From NCBI GenBank assembly GCA_963751455.1, contig CAVVUN010000006.1:128001-192000 (forward strand): a stretch of 64,000 nt of DNA, given 5' to 3'. Below the pieces are notes generated by a model. It did not search any database. It had not been told where the DNA came from and was given only the letters and a program-made list of their open reading frames with translations. Every line of letters begins with the position of its first letter. Within the stretch, counting starts at the first letter, position 1. This DNA comes from Nitrospirota bacterium (GTDB lineage Bacteria > Nitrospirota > UBA9217). Shown here one piece after another: positions 1 to 10,723 of the stretch. A program made the position numbers and the translations under genes.

Positions 1-276
1 ACGAACGAAACCCGTGACACCCTGGCCGCTGATTGGCCTTTTTTGATGGATGTCGATTGCAGGCTGCTGCATGAGCTCGAAATGACGGATTCGACGGACA
101 AGGTACACGGCGAGATATACATACCCTATACGTTCATCCTGGATCACGATCTCACGATTTACAAAATATATAACGGCTGGTGGTACGTGGGCCGCCCTAC
201 TGCCGAAGAGATACGCATGGACCTGCGGGCGTTAATGAGCAGGCGGCATGACTGGGTCTATGGCAGCTCGAAGTAA
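1..276 (+). CDS. C-terminal part of a redoxin (AhpC/TSA-like) domain protein; starts before the window
   Basis: Frame open from base 1: ..ADWPFLMDVD..IPYTFILDHDLTIYKIYNGWWYVGRPT, resembling the C-terminus of a thioredoxin-fold redoxin. Confidence 0.55.
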   Translation, partial: TNETRDTLAADWPFLMDVDCRLLHELEMTDSTDKVHGEIYIPYTFILDHDLTIYKIYNGWWYVGRPTAEEIRMDLRALMSRRHDWVYGSSK

Positions 277-427
277 TAGAGAAAAAGCGCCCATGGACCG
301 CCCTTCCTCCTGCGGGTTTACCTTCAAATTGAAGCAGGTAATACATTGAGCCCACTTGACCGGCTTCTGATACGCGCTAAATTGATCATAAGGGCGGGGT
401 AGACGTCCCCAATATAGGAGGTAGCTA

Positions 428-898
428 ATGAAAATCAATTCAGGAGTTCTAGGCGTAATTTCGTCACTGGTACTTTTTGTTGCCTTTGCCTACGCGCAAC
501 AGGGCGGCGGACAGCAAGGCAGCATGCCGGATCAGAGAAGCCGGAGCGGGGCTCAGCAGCAGATGAACCAGCACGCGGCCTTGTCGCAGGATCCTCAAAC
601 AGTCAGGCAGGTCCAGCAGGCATTGAGCGCTCAAGGTTTCGATCCCGGTCCTGCGGATGGAAAATGGAAAACGAAAACGGAAAGCGCGCTGATGCTGTTC
701 CAGGAGGCACAGGGCATGCAAGCGACCGGGCAGCTCGATCAGCAAACCCTGGCATCACTCGGAGTCTCAGGAGCAGCGGCCGGAGGTCAACAAGGGGACA
801 TGACGGACCAGCAGGGAGCCATGCCGGATCAGAGCGGTGCAGGCGGTCGGCAGGGCGGCATGCAGAATCAGCAAAACCAGCAGGGAGGCAAATACTGA
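428..898 (+). CDS. Secreted peptidoglycan-binding domain protein with Q/G-rich tails
   Basis: Signal peptide; VRQVQQALSAQGFDPGPADG..T..AL..FQ..QG...TGQLD PG_binding_1 motif; AGGAGG RBS. Confidence 0.85.
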   Translation: MKINSGVLGVISSLVLFVAFAYAQQGGGQQGSMPDQRSRSGAQQQMNQHAALSQDPQTVRQVQQALSAQGFDPGPADGKWKTKTESALMLFQEAQGMQATGQLDQQTLASLGVSGAAAGGQQGDMTDQQGAMPDQSGAGGRQGGMQNQQNQQGGKY

Positions 899-928
899 TC
901 CTCCCGCATCTTGTAGAGATTCAAAATC

Positions 929-1017
929 GATGCATTCGTAAAAGTCCGGTCTCACACAAAGCCACAAAGACACAAAGAACCTCCGTGTGAAATTTTGACT
1001 TATTAGGGGTTCATCAA
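929..1017. repeat. MITE-like element (GATG..TCGTAAAAGTC ... GACTT..T..G..TTCATC type)
   Basis: Imperfect terminal inverted repeats; internal CACAAAG repeats; related element at about 12385-12590. Confidence 0.5.
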
Positions 1018-1029
1018 AATGGAGTTCTG

Positions 1030-1137
1030 TTTACCCCGTTAGAGAACAAGTTAGCTAATGAAGATAATAGTACCACAAGGTGTAAAGCAAAAGATCGACC
1101 GCTGACAGGAGTCTTCGGTTTTCTCTAACGGGGTAAA
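1030..1137. repeat. MITE/REP-like element with 17-bp terminal inverted repeats
   Basis: TTTACCCCGTTAGAGAA ... TTCTCTAACGGGGTAAA. Confidence 0.7.
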
Positions 1138-1264
1138 AACCCACTCGTGTTCAGAGAGGGTTTCTTTTGCGGCAAGATTAATAATACTGGCGTATAGCGC
1201 CGCTCACGCTGCTGCTCTCTGCTCAGCCTCCCTGCTTCTTTCCGAGAATATCCTCAGCGCCTCA

Positions 1265-2090
1265 TCAAAAGGCATTCCCGGGAATTCCATATTCTTCGAG
1301 CGCGGCGGTCCCGAGACCGAGTCGCTCTGCCCGGGCGATATGCTCCACATAATCGATGCCAAGCAGTTTCGCGCCTATTGCATCAGCGGCAACGAAATCC
1401 CTGCTCGCAATTACCAGCTCCGATTCGAAGGTGATGCCGCCGATCGGTCCTGTTACGATCATGGCCGGATGCCCAACGATAATGCCGAGCTGAATGGGGA
1501 ACCTTTTGCACATTCCGGCGATGAATGCATGCAGGTCCTTGAATATTTCATGATGGTGCAGCCTCCTGTTTCTCGGGTGGCCGTAGTAATCAGCAGCGGG
1601 AAACGACATTGCGATGTTCTTCATGGTGAGGGTCACCGCTGCTCCGCTATGGACCTTGTGCTGTGCCAGCGAGACGAGCGTCTCATACTCCAGCACAAGT
1701 GGATTCACCATGACCTCCTCCTGTGGACTGTATCCGAGGCTGACGGAGGCGAACGGCGGCCTGTTGTGGTCGAAGAACTTCACGCCTTCTTCCGCGATGA
1801 CCCTGTCTATGCCCAGCAGTCTGAATATGTTGTCGGTCTCGCCGGCGCCGGCCCCCGCCCGTGATTGTGATGGCTCCCGGGTTGTACATCTTCACGAAGC
1901 GAATTACCGCCCGTACCGTGTCGGCCTGCGTACAGGCCGTAAGATCATGGCTCGATGCCCAAATATCGTTCGGCTTGATGGCAACATGGCGGCCTTCAAA
2001 TAATGCGGGAAGATCTTCTATCAGGCTCAGCGACTGTTTAATTGCGTTTTCAATATCCCTGTTACGCGCAATTGCCACTGCGCTTTTCAT
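1265..2090 (-). CDS. DUF362 domain protein (frameshift near 1850)
   Basis: MKSAVAIAR..VAIKPN.. in one frame; LVSLAQHKVHSGAAVTLTMKN and D.VAADAIGAKLLG in the next. Confidence 0.75.
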
Positions 2091-2200
2091 ATCCCCCTCC
2101 CCAGGCGGTGCCCTGATGAAGTGGAGCCACAACCAAAGATAAAACAATTTTTCGCTTTTGATTTTTTTTGATGCAGAACCCGGCGCGCCGGGCTCATGGT

Positions 2201-3211
2201 TCAAGCGGCCTTTGCAAGCCTTTCGACACCCAAAACCTGCCGCAGCATGCTGTTCGCCAGACCTATCGCACTGCAAACAGCCGGCGTCATCGCGAGCGCG
2301 TTGAGCATTACAAAATCGTGGATCGTTCCCATATAGCGCACCGCGGTTACATCGACACCGGCCTGCATAAGTTTATGAGCGTAGGCTTCGCCTTCATCGC
2401 GGAGCACGTCGTTCTCGTCGACAATGATGAGTGCATCCGGCAGGTCCTTCAACTGGTCGATTGAAGCCTGGAGCGGTGAGGCAAACGGCTCTTTCCGCGA
2501 AGCAACGTCCGGCGCATAAGCATCCCAGAACCACTCCATTGCAGGCTTTGTCAGCCACGGGCCGTCCGCAAACTGTTGGTACGAGGGAGTATCCATGCCC
2601 GCGTCCGTTACCGGATAAAAGAGCACCTGGTAATCGATCTTCGGGCCGCCCCGCTCTTTCGCCAATAGCGTGACCACTGTTGCCATGTTTCCGCCGACGC
2701 TGTCACCCACGACAGCCAGATGGGACGTGTCAAAGTTAAACCGGTCGCCGTTCTCAACAATATACTTCGTCGCCAAGTATGCCTGTTCTATGGCAGTCGG
2801 AAACTTGACCTCCGGTGACGGGTCATAGTTCACGAACACCACAGCCGCATTTGCACCATTGGCAATTTCCCGAATGAGCCGGTCGTGGGTATTCTTGTTG
2901 CCCAGGATCCAGCCGCCGCCGTGAAAGTACATCACAACCGGCAGTTTGCCGGAGCCGGTTGCCGGACGAATGATCCGGATCGAGATGTCGCCAATCGGTC
3001 CTCCCGGAATCGTGGTGTCCTCAATCCGGGCCTGCATCTTGTCGACAGGTTCGGACTGCAGGCTGTCGAGCACATTCCGGGCCTCCGGAATCGGCAGTTT
3101 ATAGAGCGGCTCCCCGCCTTTCGCCGCAACTTCATCGATGAATTTTTGCGTATCGCGATCGAGCTGCGGGCTTAGAGGGGCGTTTTTTGTTGATGTTTGT
3201 GTCTTCTTCAT
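2201..3211 (-). CDS. HSL-family alpha/beta hydrolase (esterase/lipase)
   Basis: HGGGW oxyanion motif, GDSVGG nucleophile elbow, DVLRDEG and HDF motifs; GGAGG RBS before MKKTQ. Confidence 0.92.
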   Translation of the reverse strand: MKKTQTSTKNAPLSPQLDRDTQKFIDEVAAKGGEPLYKLPIPEARNVLDSLQSEPVDKMQARIEDTTIPGGPIGDISIRIIRPATGSGKLPVVMYFHGGGWILGNKNTHDRLIREIANGANAAVVFVNYDPSPEVKFPTAIEQAYLATKYIVENGDRFNFDTSHLAVVGDSVGGNMATVVTLLAKERGGPKIDYQVLFYPVTDAGMDTPSYQQFADGPWLTKPAMEWFWDAYAPDVASRKEPFASPLQASIDQLKDLPDALIIVDENDVLRDEGEAYAHKLMQAGVDVTAVRYMGTIHDFVMLNALAMTPAVCSAIGLANSMLRQVLGVERLAKAA

Positions 3212-3548
3212 AATAAACCTCCTTATTGCGCCTCGCACCATTGCTGATGCCGGGCGCCCAAACAAAACCATTCCATAGTTTAAGCAAAGCGCAACACCAG
3301 ATGAAAGTCAATTTAGTGAAAGTATTAAAACTCACAATCCGCACGATCTGCATGGGATACTATCCTCCGACAGTCAATCAGTCAGATAAATGCGAGGTCT
3401 CAAAAGCACACTTCTGACTCAACGTGCTCAAAATGTTCTTGTAGTTTCGCCACGGGGAGCTTCAATCATTTCTGGACAGTGCCTGGTACGGCGGTTTATA
3501 TTTAAAAGAGAGAGCTTGTTGAATAAGGCTCAATAATCAGGAGAAGGT

Positions 3549-4223
3549 ATGAGAACAAACTATACATATATGCGAGTGACGCTGATAGCGGCTGCACTCG
3601 TTCTTGCATCGTGTGCTTCGACCCGCGTCACCTCGGACTGGGCGGACGAGTCGTACCGGAAACAACCGAACAAGGTCGTTGTCATGGCTTTGATGGATCA
3701 AATCGCGGAGCGGCGGCTGATCGAAGACGAATTCGTGAGCGAGTTCAAGAGTTCAGGAGTCGAAGCGCTTGCGAGTTATGCTGTGCTTCCGGAAGCCAAA
3801 CCGGGAGACAGAGAGGCAATCGCGGCAAAAGTAAGAGAACTCGGTGCCGATGCTTTGCTCATGGCCAGGCTCGTGGACCGGAAAACAGAGCGGGATTACG
3901 TGCCCGGGGCACCATACATTCCGCCCGCCTCCTACTATGACTTGCACTCTTATTACGGTCGCTTTTACCCTCCGGGTTTTTATTCCGGCCCTTACGCAGG
4001 CTTCTATTCCGGCGCGTATCCGGGTGGATATTCTCCGGGATATGTCACGGAACGGGTGTACGGCATCGCGGAAGCAAACCTCTACGACGTGACAACGGGA
4101 AAACTTGTATGGTCAGCTGTCACCGAAACCGAGATGCGGGGCAATAACCGGAAGGAAATCAAGTCGTACGTGGACCAGGTCGTAAAGTCGCTCAGGAAGA
4201 AGAACCTGGTTCCGAGTGGTTAA
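3549..4223 (+). CDS. Putative lipoprotein (DUF4136-like)
   Basis: Lipobox LASC; Y/G/P-rich insert; LYDV.TGKLVWSA motif. Confidence 0.7.
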   Translation: MRTNYTYMRVTLIAAALVLASCASTRVTSDWADESYRKQPNKVVVMALMDQIAERRLIEDEFVSEFKSSGVEALASYAVLPEAKPGDREAIAAKVRELGADALLMARLVDRKTERDYVPGAPYIPPASYYDLHSYYGRFYPPGFYSGPYAGFYSGAYPGGYSPGYVTERVYGIAEANLYDVTTGKLVWSAVTETEMRGNNRKEIKSYVDQVVKSLRKKNLVPSG

Positions 4224-4407
4224 TAGGGATCTGGATATGAACGGGCCAAACACTGTTAAGCTGCTGTCGAGTTATTATAGCTGTGAACCCGCGCCATAAT
4301 GCCTACTTTTATCGTTCATGGAATTTCGGCTGTAGCGGTGAGTTCGTTGGCGCCGAAACTTAAAGCCCGTACCGATTGTCGCCGTCCGTAGTTCGAATTT
4401 TCCTTAA

Positions 4408-4548
4408 TGAACCTCCCGCAGCAAGCTGCGGGGTATCTGTTCCAATTTTCGCCCCTCCCTTGATGGGAGGGGATCAAGGGGAGAGTGAAGTATCCGTCGC
4501 GCATCACCGTCACCCCCACCTAACCTCCCCCATCAAGGGGGAGGGATC
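4408..4548. repeat. Cluster of REP-like palindromes
   Basis: CCCGCAGCAAGCTGCGGG; paired CCCCTCCCTTGATGGGAGGGG / CCTCCCCCATCAAGGGGGAGG hairpins. Confidence 0.65.
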
Positions 4549-4828
4549 TAAAGGGTCAAGTTAAAAGTTAATCTGAACAGTAAAGACTTGCCCCGGCCCC
4601 ATGCTTCAACAACAGCCCATCGCCCCAGTCCGTTCTTTTACTTCCGTTGTTACTGTTCGCGATATCACCAGCATCAATCTTTTTTTCAATCTGAGTAACT
4701 AAGGTTTATATTTTCATGTCCGCTATTTGGACTGGCTTTCCGAAGACTTTTTCCTGATTGACAGCCGCTGCCTTCGGTTCTATCTTCTTGACATATGCAA
4801 GGATTTCTATACTAAGGAGGGTACACTT

Positions 4829-5119
4829 ATGGCGATGCAAATTCCGCAAATCCTGGACTGCGAAGTAACTCAATGCTCCTATAACATGAATAAGATGTGT
4901 CACGCAGTTGCCATTACCGTAGGTAACAGCAAACATGCCATGTGCGATACTTTTTATAAATCTTCACAAAAAGGCGGCGCCACGGAAATTACAGGCAGCG
5001 TGGGCGCATGCAAAGCAGATGATTGCAAATACAATAAGTCCCTTGAATGTTCGGCACCCGGCATTCGTGTGGCTAACCACTCAGACCATGCCGACTGTTC
5101 GACCTATTCCCCGCAATAA
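4829..5119 (+). CDS. DUF1540 domain protein (two Cys-rich repeats)
   Basis: C.V..C.YN....C.A..I.V pattern twice; AAGGAGG RBS. Confidence 0.8.
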   Translation: MAMQIPQILDCEVTQCSYNMNKMCHAVAITVGNSKHAMCDTFYKSSQKGGATEITGSVGACKADDCKYNKSLECSAPGIRVANHSDHADCSTYSPQ

Positions 5120-5196
5120 ACAGGCCGGCCTGCTTAAGGATCCGAAACTACACAGGCGAGGACCCCCGCTGATCTCTCAAAAACTTTGAAGCAGCT

Positions 5197-5226
5197 GGTA
5201 CCGACTTTTCGTGTCGGTACCTTTTT
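5197..5226 (+). terminator. Rho-independent terminator
   Basis: GGTACCGAC-loop-GTCGGTACC followed by a T tract. Confidence 0.65.
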
Positions 5227-5327
5227 CTCTCATGCCCTGCTACGCCGTTCTAAACCAAAAGATTTAATCCCTTATAAATCTAAGACATCAATCTAAGACA
5301 TCATGGATCAAATGGAACAGGGAGACC

Positions 5328-5495
5328 GTAACTATTCAGCTTCTTTTCAGAACAGCATTAAGACAAATCTAAGAAAAAGCCCTTCTATCCGCAGATTTCG
5401 CAGATTGACGCAGATTCTAAAACCGGAATTCTGGTTTTATTTTTATCTGCGAAATCTGCGTAATCTGCGGATAAAAAAATGACCTGAGTAGTTAC
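5328..5495 (+). mobile_element. MITE family A, copy 1 (about 167 bp)
   Basis: TIR GTAACTATTCAG...CTGAGTAGTTAC; near-identical to 50788-50954 and 57145-57310; no TSD at this copy. Confidence 0.85.
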
Positions 5496-5600
5496 CGGGG
5501 TCTTCAAACACAGGTGAAATCAACATTGCCGGCGTGTTTGCCGACGTGTTTACAGTAAAATCAAATCTTAATTCGTTACAGAACTGTCATCATCGAAGAT

Positions 5601-6092
5601 TCAGGAACCTTCCTGGTATCTTTTCCCGGGGATCCATCTTCGCACGTTTTGACGATAGCGCCGGTATGATTCGCCGAACTTTCTTTCCAGGCTCGGCTCT
5701 TCGTAAAAAACTACAAACAGATGATAGACGATAAAGATCACGACAGCGTATTTCAGCAATGCCAGCGACCTGAAGAACATTGCTTCTCCAAGCAGCAGGA
5801 AAAGGCCTCCGATATACATCGGATTTCTGACGTATCGGAACAAACCGCGAACCACCAATGTTTTCGGCGGATCGATCGGCGCGGGAGTGCCGCACCCGAC
5901 AGTCGCAAAGTCCCAGACGCAACGGAAATAAATCGCTATCCCGAGTAATGCCGGGACTAGAGCCAGATAGTGCCGGATTTCCCAATGGGACGGCAGCAGC
6001 ACTAAGTTTCTGTTCAAAATCCAGTAAGGAATCAGTACCATAACCGTGCCGGGCACGAGTATGGTAAATAGTATGTTTTTGACGATCAGCAT
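5601..6092 (-). CDS. Isoprenylcysteine carboxylmethyltransferase/PEMT family membrane protein
   Basis: GTPAP.DPP..LV..G.FRYVRNPMY.G and EE..L...FG..Y..Y...V.RW motifs. Confidence 0.88.
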   Translation of the reverse strand: MLIVKNILFTILVPGTVMVLIPYWILNRNLVLLPSHWEIRHYLALVPALLGIAIYFRCVWDFATVGCGTPAPIDPPKTLVVRGLFRYVRNPMYIGGLFLLLGEAMFFRSLALLKYAVVIFIVYHLFVVFYEEPSLERKFGESYRRYRQNVRRWIPGKRYQEGS

Positions 6093-6131
6093 GGCATCTT
6101 CTGGATCATAGCCTTACGGATGCGGCGGTCT

Positions 6132-6320
6132 TCAGCACACGGGATATCTTCCTTCGCTCAATTCCCTGCACAATTGCTGAATGGCGGATAATTCCCGGTT
6201 GATGATCTCTTCTGCCGGTTGAACGATGTCCCGGATAACCCTCCCGTGCCGAGGTACGTTCTGTGCAGCAGCGATCCGGGGTTTGTCAATGGGCGTGTCG
6301 ATCCTGCTTACGAGAAAAAT
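6132..6320 (-). pseudogene. C-terminal fragment resembling archaeal-type methionine adenosyltransferase
   Basis: Hand translation IFLVSRIDTPIDKPRIAAAQ..EEIINRELSAIQQLCRELSEGRYPVC*; no start codon. Confidence 0.5.
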
Positions 6321-6353
6321 ACTATTGACTTGCGCCGAAGGTGGTGAAATACC

Positions 6354-6674
6354 TCATCCGCTTTCACTTTTGAGTGGTGCGAACTGCGCGATATACTCCA
6401 TCACGACAACAACGGCGCGAGCGCGTTTGTTGATCACGCCGAGGATGTCGTCAAGCTTCGCGAAAGGCTCCGTAATCGAGAGGTCCATGAACTCCTCTTC
6501 CGCTTCCTCGACGGTCTTCAGGACACGAAGCCCTTCCGGGGTACCGAGCAGCGCATCCTTCCATGCATCCTTTGCAAGGAGCAGCGATCCCAGGAGCAAT
6601 TTCCTGATCTGCGTGGCCTTGATCTCCAGGAATCTGAACGGATCATCAGACAGCTCATTGTGAAAATCAGTCAT
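6354..6674 (-). CDS. Hypothetical protein
   Basis: 106-aa ORF with GGAGG RBS. Confidence 0.6.
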   Translation of the reverse strand: MTDFHNELSDDPFRFLEIKATQIRKLLLGSLLLAKDAWKDALLGTPEGLRVLKTVEEAEEEFMDLSITEPFAKLDDILGVINKRARAVVVVMEYIAQFAPLKSESG

Positions 6675-6863
6675 CTCGTAACCTCCCCGTCGGAACAGGC
6701 CTTCTTTCCTGTAACTTCACGATCCCGACAGCGCATTCTTTGGTGACAAAGCGACTGAAGTCGACGTTATCGAAGGGCGACCAGTCATAGAAACTTCAAG
6801 CTCCCTTCTCAGGCAAACAATAATGATCCAGATGAATCATTCGGACCTTTTCCATCACTCCGC

Positions 6864-7136
6864 TCAATCTTCGGCCGTCCCTTTAGTCTGGGCTTCTTTG
6901 AGCTCATCCGGCGTGAAGGCCTCCACTTCTACGATCTTGGTCTTGGCCCGAAGGAAATCGGGAATCAGGCTGATCCCCTCTTTTTTATCCTTCAAATCAA
7001 CAAGCGCGTACCCTGTGTGGTCCCCCTCTTTGCATCCGTAATAGAACTTATTGCCGATTTTCGGCCCCGTATTCATTTGAGCGTCCAGAGTTTTCGAACA
7101 TTCTCCCTTTTCATGATGTGTTTCGATCATATACAT
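6864..7136 (-). CDS. Small hypothetical protein
   Basis: 90-aa ORF with GGAGG RBS; H.H....C and YGC..GDHTG motifs. Confidence 0.6.
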   Translation of the reverse strand: MYMIETHHEKGECSKTLDAQMNTGPKIGNKFYYGCKEGDHTGYALVDLKDKKEGISLIPDFLRAKTKIVEVEAFTPDELKEAQTKGTAED

Positions 7137-7714
7137 TTACAGACCCTCCCTGCATTTCGTTTTGAACATAATAAAAGTAAACACCCGTGCCGGGGGAGTT
7201 GTCAATAGGGGCACTATCGCAGCAATGACGTACCCCAAGGGTCCTCGCGCCACAAGAGTATGGCCGCCTGACGCGAGCGGCAGAATAATCGTGAGGTCGA
7301 GCGACGCTACCAGCCTGAATGCCCCAAGCTCTATTGGTGTCGGCCTGCCACACATCTCACGGGACGCACACATCTCAGGGAACGTAGTTGTTATTTGATA
7401 CATTAAAATACAGGAAGAATCTGGCATTTTTCGTGCCGCGCCAACCACGGCATTTGGCTCATGTTTATGTTTTCCTCTCCAAAGCACGTGCATTCGATTG
7501 ACATCCTGCAATATGGTTATTATATTAATTATCATGTATGCTTTATCGAGCATACTTCTATATGCGCAGAATATAGCGAACCGGTCTTCCCCACGGCTCA
7601 GGATCCAGATCCTTACAGTATGAACACAATCGTATTCGCTCGTTGATTGACTCCAGCAGCAGGCCCGTTTTTGCCTGGCAACTGAGAACAACAACTATGA
7701 CAGGAGGCGGCACT

Positions 7715-8074
7715 ATGAACCGGAGAGAATTCATTATACAAATGGGCACGGCTTTGATTGCGGTACCGATAGCACTATCTCTTGAATCATGCGGCAACGA
7801 TAATGGAGGAGACGTTGCTCTCCCGGCCACAGGCTTTGATGTAATTTCGACAACGGAAGTCGGCCACAATCACAGCGTGCGGATATTGAACTCGGACCTC
7901 GCCAGTCCGCTTGCGGGCGGCGTCGTATACACAAGCAGTCTCTCATTGGGACATTCGCACACCATTACCCTGACACAACAACAGCTCATGGACATTAATA
8001 ACGGCATAATCGTAACGGTGATTTCGTCACTGAACGACGGACATACCCATGGCTGGACAATTCAAAAGCCCTGA
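7715..8074 (+). CDS. Tat-type lipoprotein with three GH.H motifs (possible metal binding)
   Basis: MNRREF twin-Arg motif, lipobox LESC, GHNH/GHSH/GHTH. Confidence 0.7.
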   Translation: MNRREFIIQMGTALIAVPIALSLESCGNDNGGDVALPATGFDVISTTEVGHNHSVRILNSDLASPLAGGVVYTSSLSLGHSHTITLTQQQLMDINNGIIVTVISSLNDGHTHGWTIQKP

Positions 8075-8268
8075 GAGCGAAGAAGATCCGGGAAATGGCG
8101 GCATTCCCCGGGAGCTTCCTCAAACGTGACGATCTTTTAGTCTGATCATGACTTTCCATTTTTTTCGACCATGGACATCCTGGTGATGTTGTTAGTTGAT
8201 GCGTTAATAATACCAGAGCGAAGATGTAAAACTTATCAATAATGAAAGTTATAATGATAGCGACTCTG

Positions 8269-8709
8269 CTATGCCCGGATCAACAGGATCAGGTAGATCG
8301 CTAGCGCCAGCAGACTCAGCACGCTCCGGACAGCATGAACCCTGTTCCACTTTATCAGCAACATTCGGGTTTCGGCTGAGGCAAGGTCGCGCCCGGGCTC
8401 CAGGAGCTGGTGATTGATGGGCATGACCGCGATGAACGTGAAGGGCACGACTAGGCCGATCAGCATTGCGCCGGCAAACCACATAATGCCGCCGCCGAGC
8501 AGCGAAGCAGAAATGCCGGCAAGGAAGCTCACAACGGCCAATGGCGCCTGCATGACTGTCACGCGTTTATAGCTTGGGGCCCAGACTGTGGCAGCGATCC
8601 GCGTGCCGCAACTCATACGTGCGGGATGCTCGACAAAATTAATGTATATTGCCGCCCCTGAAAAAATATCGCAAGTTATGGCGGCGACAAACTGACCGAG
8701 GTGAAGCAT
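8269..8709 (-). CDS. DUF1772 (anthrone oxygenase-like) membrane protein
   Basis: GAA.YI..VEHPAR, P.N..L and W...H..RS motifs. Confidence 0.8.
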   Translation of the reverse strand: MLHLGQFVAAITCDIFSGAAIYINFVEHPARMSCGTRIAATVWAPSYKRVTVMQAPLAVVSFLAGISASLLGGGIMWFAGAMLIGLVVPFTFIAVMPINHQLLEPGRDLASAETRMLLIKWNRVHAVRSVLSLLALAIYLILLIRA

Positions 8710-8752
8710 ATCCTGTTCCTCAACTTGGAGCTGCACTCTCAGGAAGAACCGG

Positions 8753-8998
8753 TCATCTGCTCGTCTTTATTGGTCCCGGGCACTTTATGGATTTCATATA
8801 CCAGAACAGCATTCCCAGGCTGATAACAAAGAGACTTGCAAATATCACGACCTGCGGCACGATTGCCGGTTGTCCTTGTCGTATCATGAACCCAACCATT
8901 GACAGGATTGCCAGAACCAGAAGCACGAGATAGGAAAGAATTGCCCCGGCAAGCGTGTATCCCAGGGCCTGCCGCCGCCAGAGGCCGGTCATTTTCAT
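8753..8998 (-). CDS. Small membrane protein, possibly a fragment
   Basis: Two hydrophobic helices; LWRR..LGY motif. Confidence 0.4.
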   Translation of the reverse strand: MKMTGLWRRQALGYTLAGAILSYLVLLVLAILSMVGFMIRQGQPAIVPQVVIFASLFVISLGMLFWYMKSIKCPGPIKTSR

Positions 8999-9037
8999 GG
9001 ATCGTCCTGCTGATGTTTTGTCCCTCCCCCGGACTTC

Positions 9038-9493
9038 CTATCCAGATGCCGAGGCTTCAAGCAATAACGATGCATTTTTAAATCGGCCCGGAGCATGGGT
9101 GAAATCTCCCCGCAGCAGCTTCAATGCAGAACGCTCGGCATTGATTTCAGCCGCCGTCCTGATACCGAGTCTTCTCAAGAACGGTACAGGGGGGCACCAT
9201 CCCTGGAAGGCTTGTTGAAGCAGGAAGGCGGCGGCCACTGCCGACAGCAACAGCCATTTTTTGCTCACGGCGATGCTCAGGCCTAGTCCCGTCAGTGAAA
9301 GTACGGCTGCATTCGCCTCAAGCGTCCGCTCGATGTCCCACTCGCGTTCAAGCTGCGCGAGGCGCCGGTCAATGTCTTCCCTCGCCCCTGACATAGAGCG
9401 AGCGATAGCAGCTTCGGTTTTTACCCGGATGCGCATATTGGCTTCTTCACCCGTATGGCGAAACGCTCTTGATCGGTGGTCCGGCATGATCAA
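9038..9493 (-). CDS. DUF2892/YgaP-like membrane protein
   Basis: L..EWDIER.LE.N and FLLQ.A.QGWCPP...RRLG.RT..EI..ER.ALK. Confidence 0.8.
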   Translation of the reverse strand: MIMPDHRSRAFRHTGEEANMRIRVKTEAAIARSMSGAREDIDRRLAQLEREWDIERTLEANAAVLSLTGLGLSIAVSKKWLLLSAVAAAFLLQQAFQGWCPPVPFLRRLGIRTAAEINAERSALKLLRGDFTHAPGRFKNASLLLEASASG

Positions 9494-9500
9494 CCTCCCT

Positions 9501-10334
9501 TTACGATTTATACATCATCAGTTCCGGCGCATAAGGAGCAACCGCTGCTATGAGGCTTTCCTGTTCTTCCGATGATAGCGGGTTGAAGGAACTTGCGAAC
9601 GCCGCGTTCTGTTCCAGTTGCTCGACATTGTCGCAGCCGATCACAACCGTCGAAACCTGGCGGGAAAGGGCGAAATCGAGGAACGGCTTCATGGAAGTAT
9701 AAAAGGGAAGCTCCGCCGGCAGGCCGCGAAGATACACTTTCATCCCGATGATGCCCATTTTATTTTCGACTGCAAGAGGAAGCACCTCTTCGAGAAAACT
9801 CCCGTAGGCAGGCTCCGCAGGATTGACGGGCATGAGCACTGTATCGAATTCAAAAAGCTCCATGCATTTCCTGATGATAGAAGGATCTGAATGGCCGGTC
9901 ACGCCGATAAAACGCGTGAATCCCTGCTCCCGTGCGGTCATGAAAGCCTGGATAGCGCCATCCGGGCCGAATATTTCTTCAATATCCTCGTCAGTCCTGA
10001 CGTCATGCACCTGCCAGAGGTCCAGGTGGTCCGTCTTCATGTTCTTCAATGTCTGTTGGAGGTGGTTCAGCGCTCCCACACGGCCGCGCGCATGAGACTT
10101 GCTCGTAAGGAATATTTCGCTTCGCCTCTCCTTCAACGCATTGCCGTAATAGGATTCACTCCCCGAGTACGACCGCGCCGATTCACAGTAATTAATGCCG
10201 AGATCCAGGGCGCGGTTGATTAATGCATAGGCTTCTTTCTTTTGCCCGTAAGTCCGAAGCACTCCTTCGCCTCCAAGACCCAGAATGCTTACGTCCACGC
10301 CGGTTTTCCCGAGCGTTCTCCGTTTGATGGTCAT
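9501..10334 (-). CDS. Aldo/keto reductase
   Basis: R.LGKTG..VS.LGLG, DHLDLWQVH, RFIGVTGH, IGMK. Confidence 0.9.
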   Translation of the reverse strand: MTIKRRTLGKTGVDVSILGLGGEGVLRTYGQKKEAYALINRALDLGINYCESARSYSGSESYYGNALKERRSEIFLTSKSHARGRVGALNHLQQTLKNMKTDHLDLWQVHDVRTDEDIEEIFGPDGAIQAFMTAREQGFTRFIGVTGHSDPSIIRKCMELFEFDTVLMPVNPAEPAYGSFLEEVLPLAVENKMGIIGMKVYLRGLPAELPFYTSMKPFLDFALSRQVSTVVIGCDNVEQLEQNAAFASSFNPLSSEEQESLIAAVAPYAPELMMYKS

Positions 10335-10723
10335 ATTTCCGATTCTACCACCGGATTAACGGCATATCGAGGATGCCGTACCGGCTGTCGGGCATTAAAA
10401 TGACGGAACAAGGGATGACAGGCCCTAACCGCCTGGAGCAGCTATTATATTTATAAATACAGCATCAAGGAGATGCGGCAGAGCGGGATCGGATGGGACC
10501 AGATTGCAGAGAAGTTGCATCTCGACTTGTCCGATATTGCTGGTTCGCTGAACCGATTTGAAGACGGTACTCACTCCAGAATCAAAGCAGCGCTTGCCGA
10601 ATTTGGTCCGGCAGGCACGGCTGCGGGCGGAACGGATGCAAGCGAGCGATAGAATAGAGGCGGAAGCCGACAGCGATTTCGGCAGTTGCACAGAGGAAAG
10701 AACGAAACTTTACTCCTCACCCC

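Noticed and set aside
7177-7385. 6S RNA
   Set aside because: The minus strand begins CCCTGAGATGT, but I could not find the long terminal stem; kept only as a weak finding.
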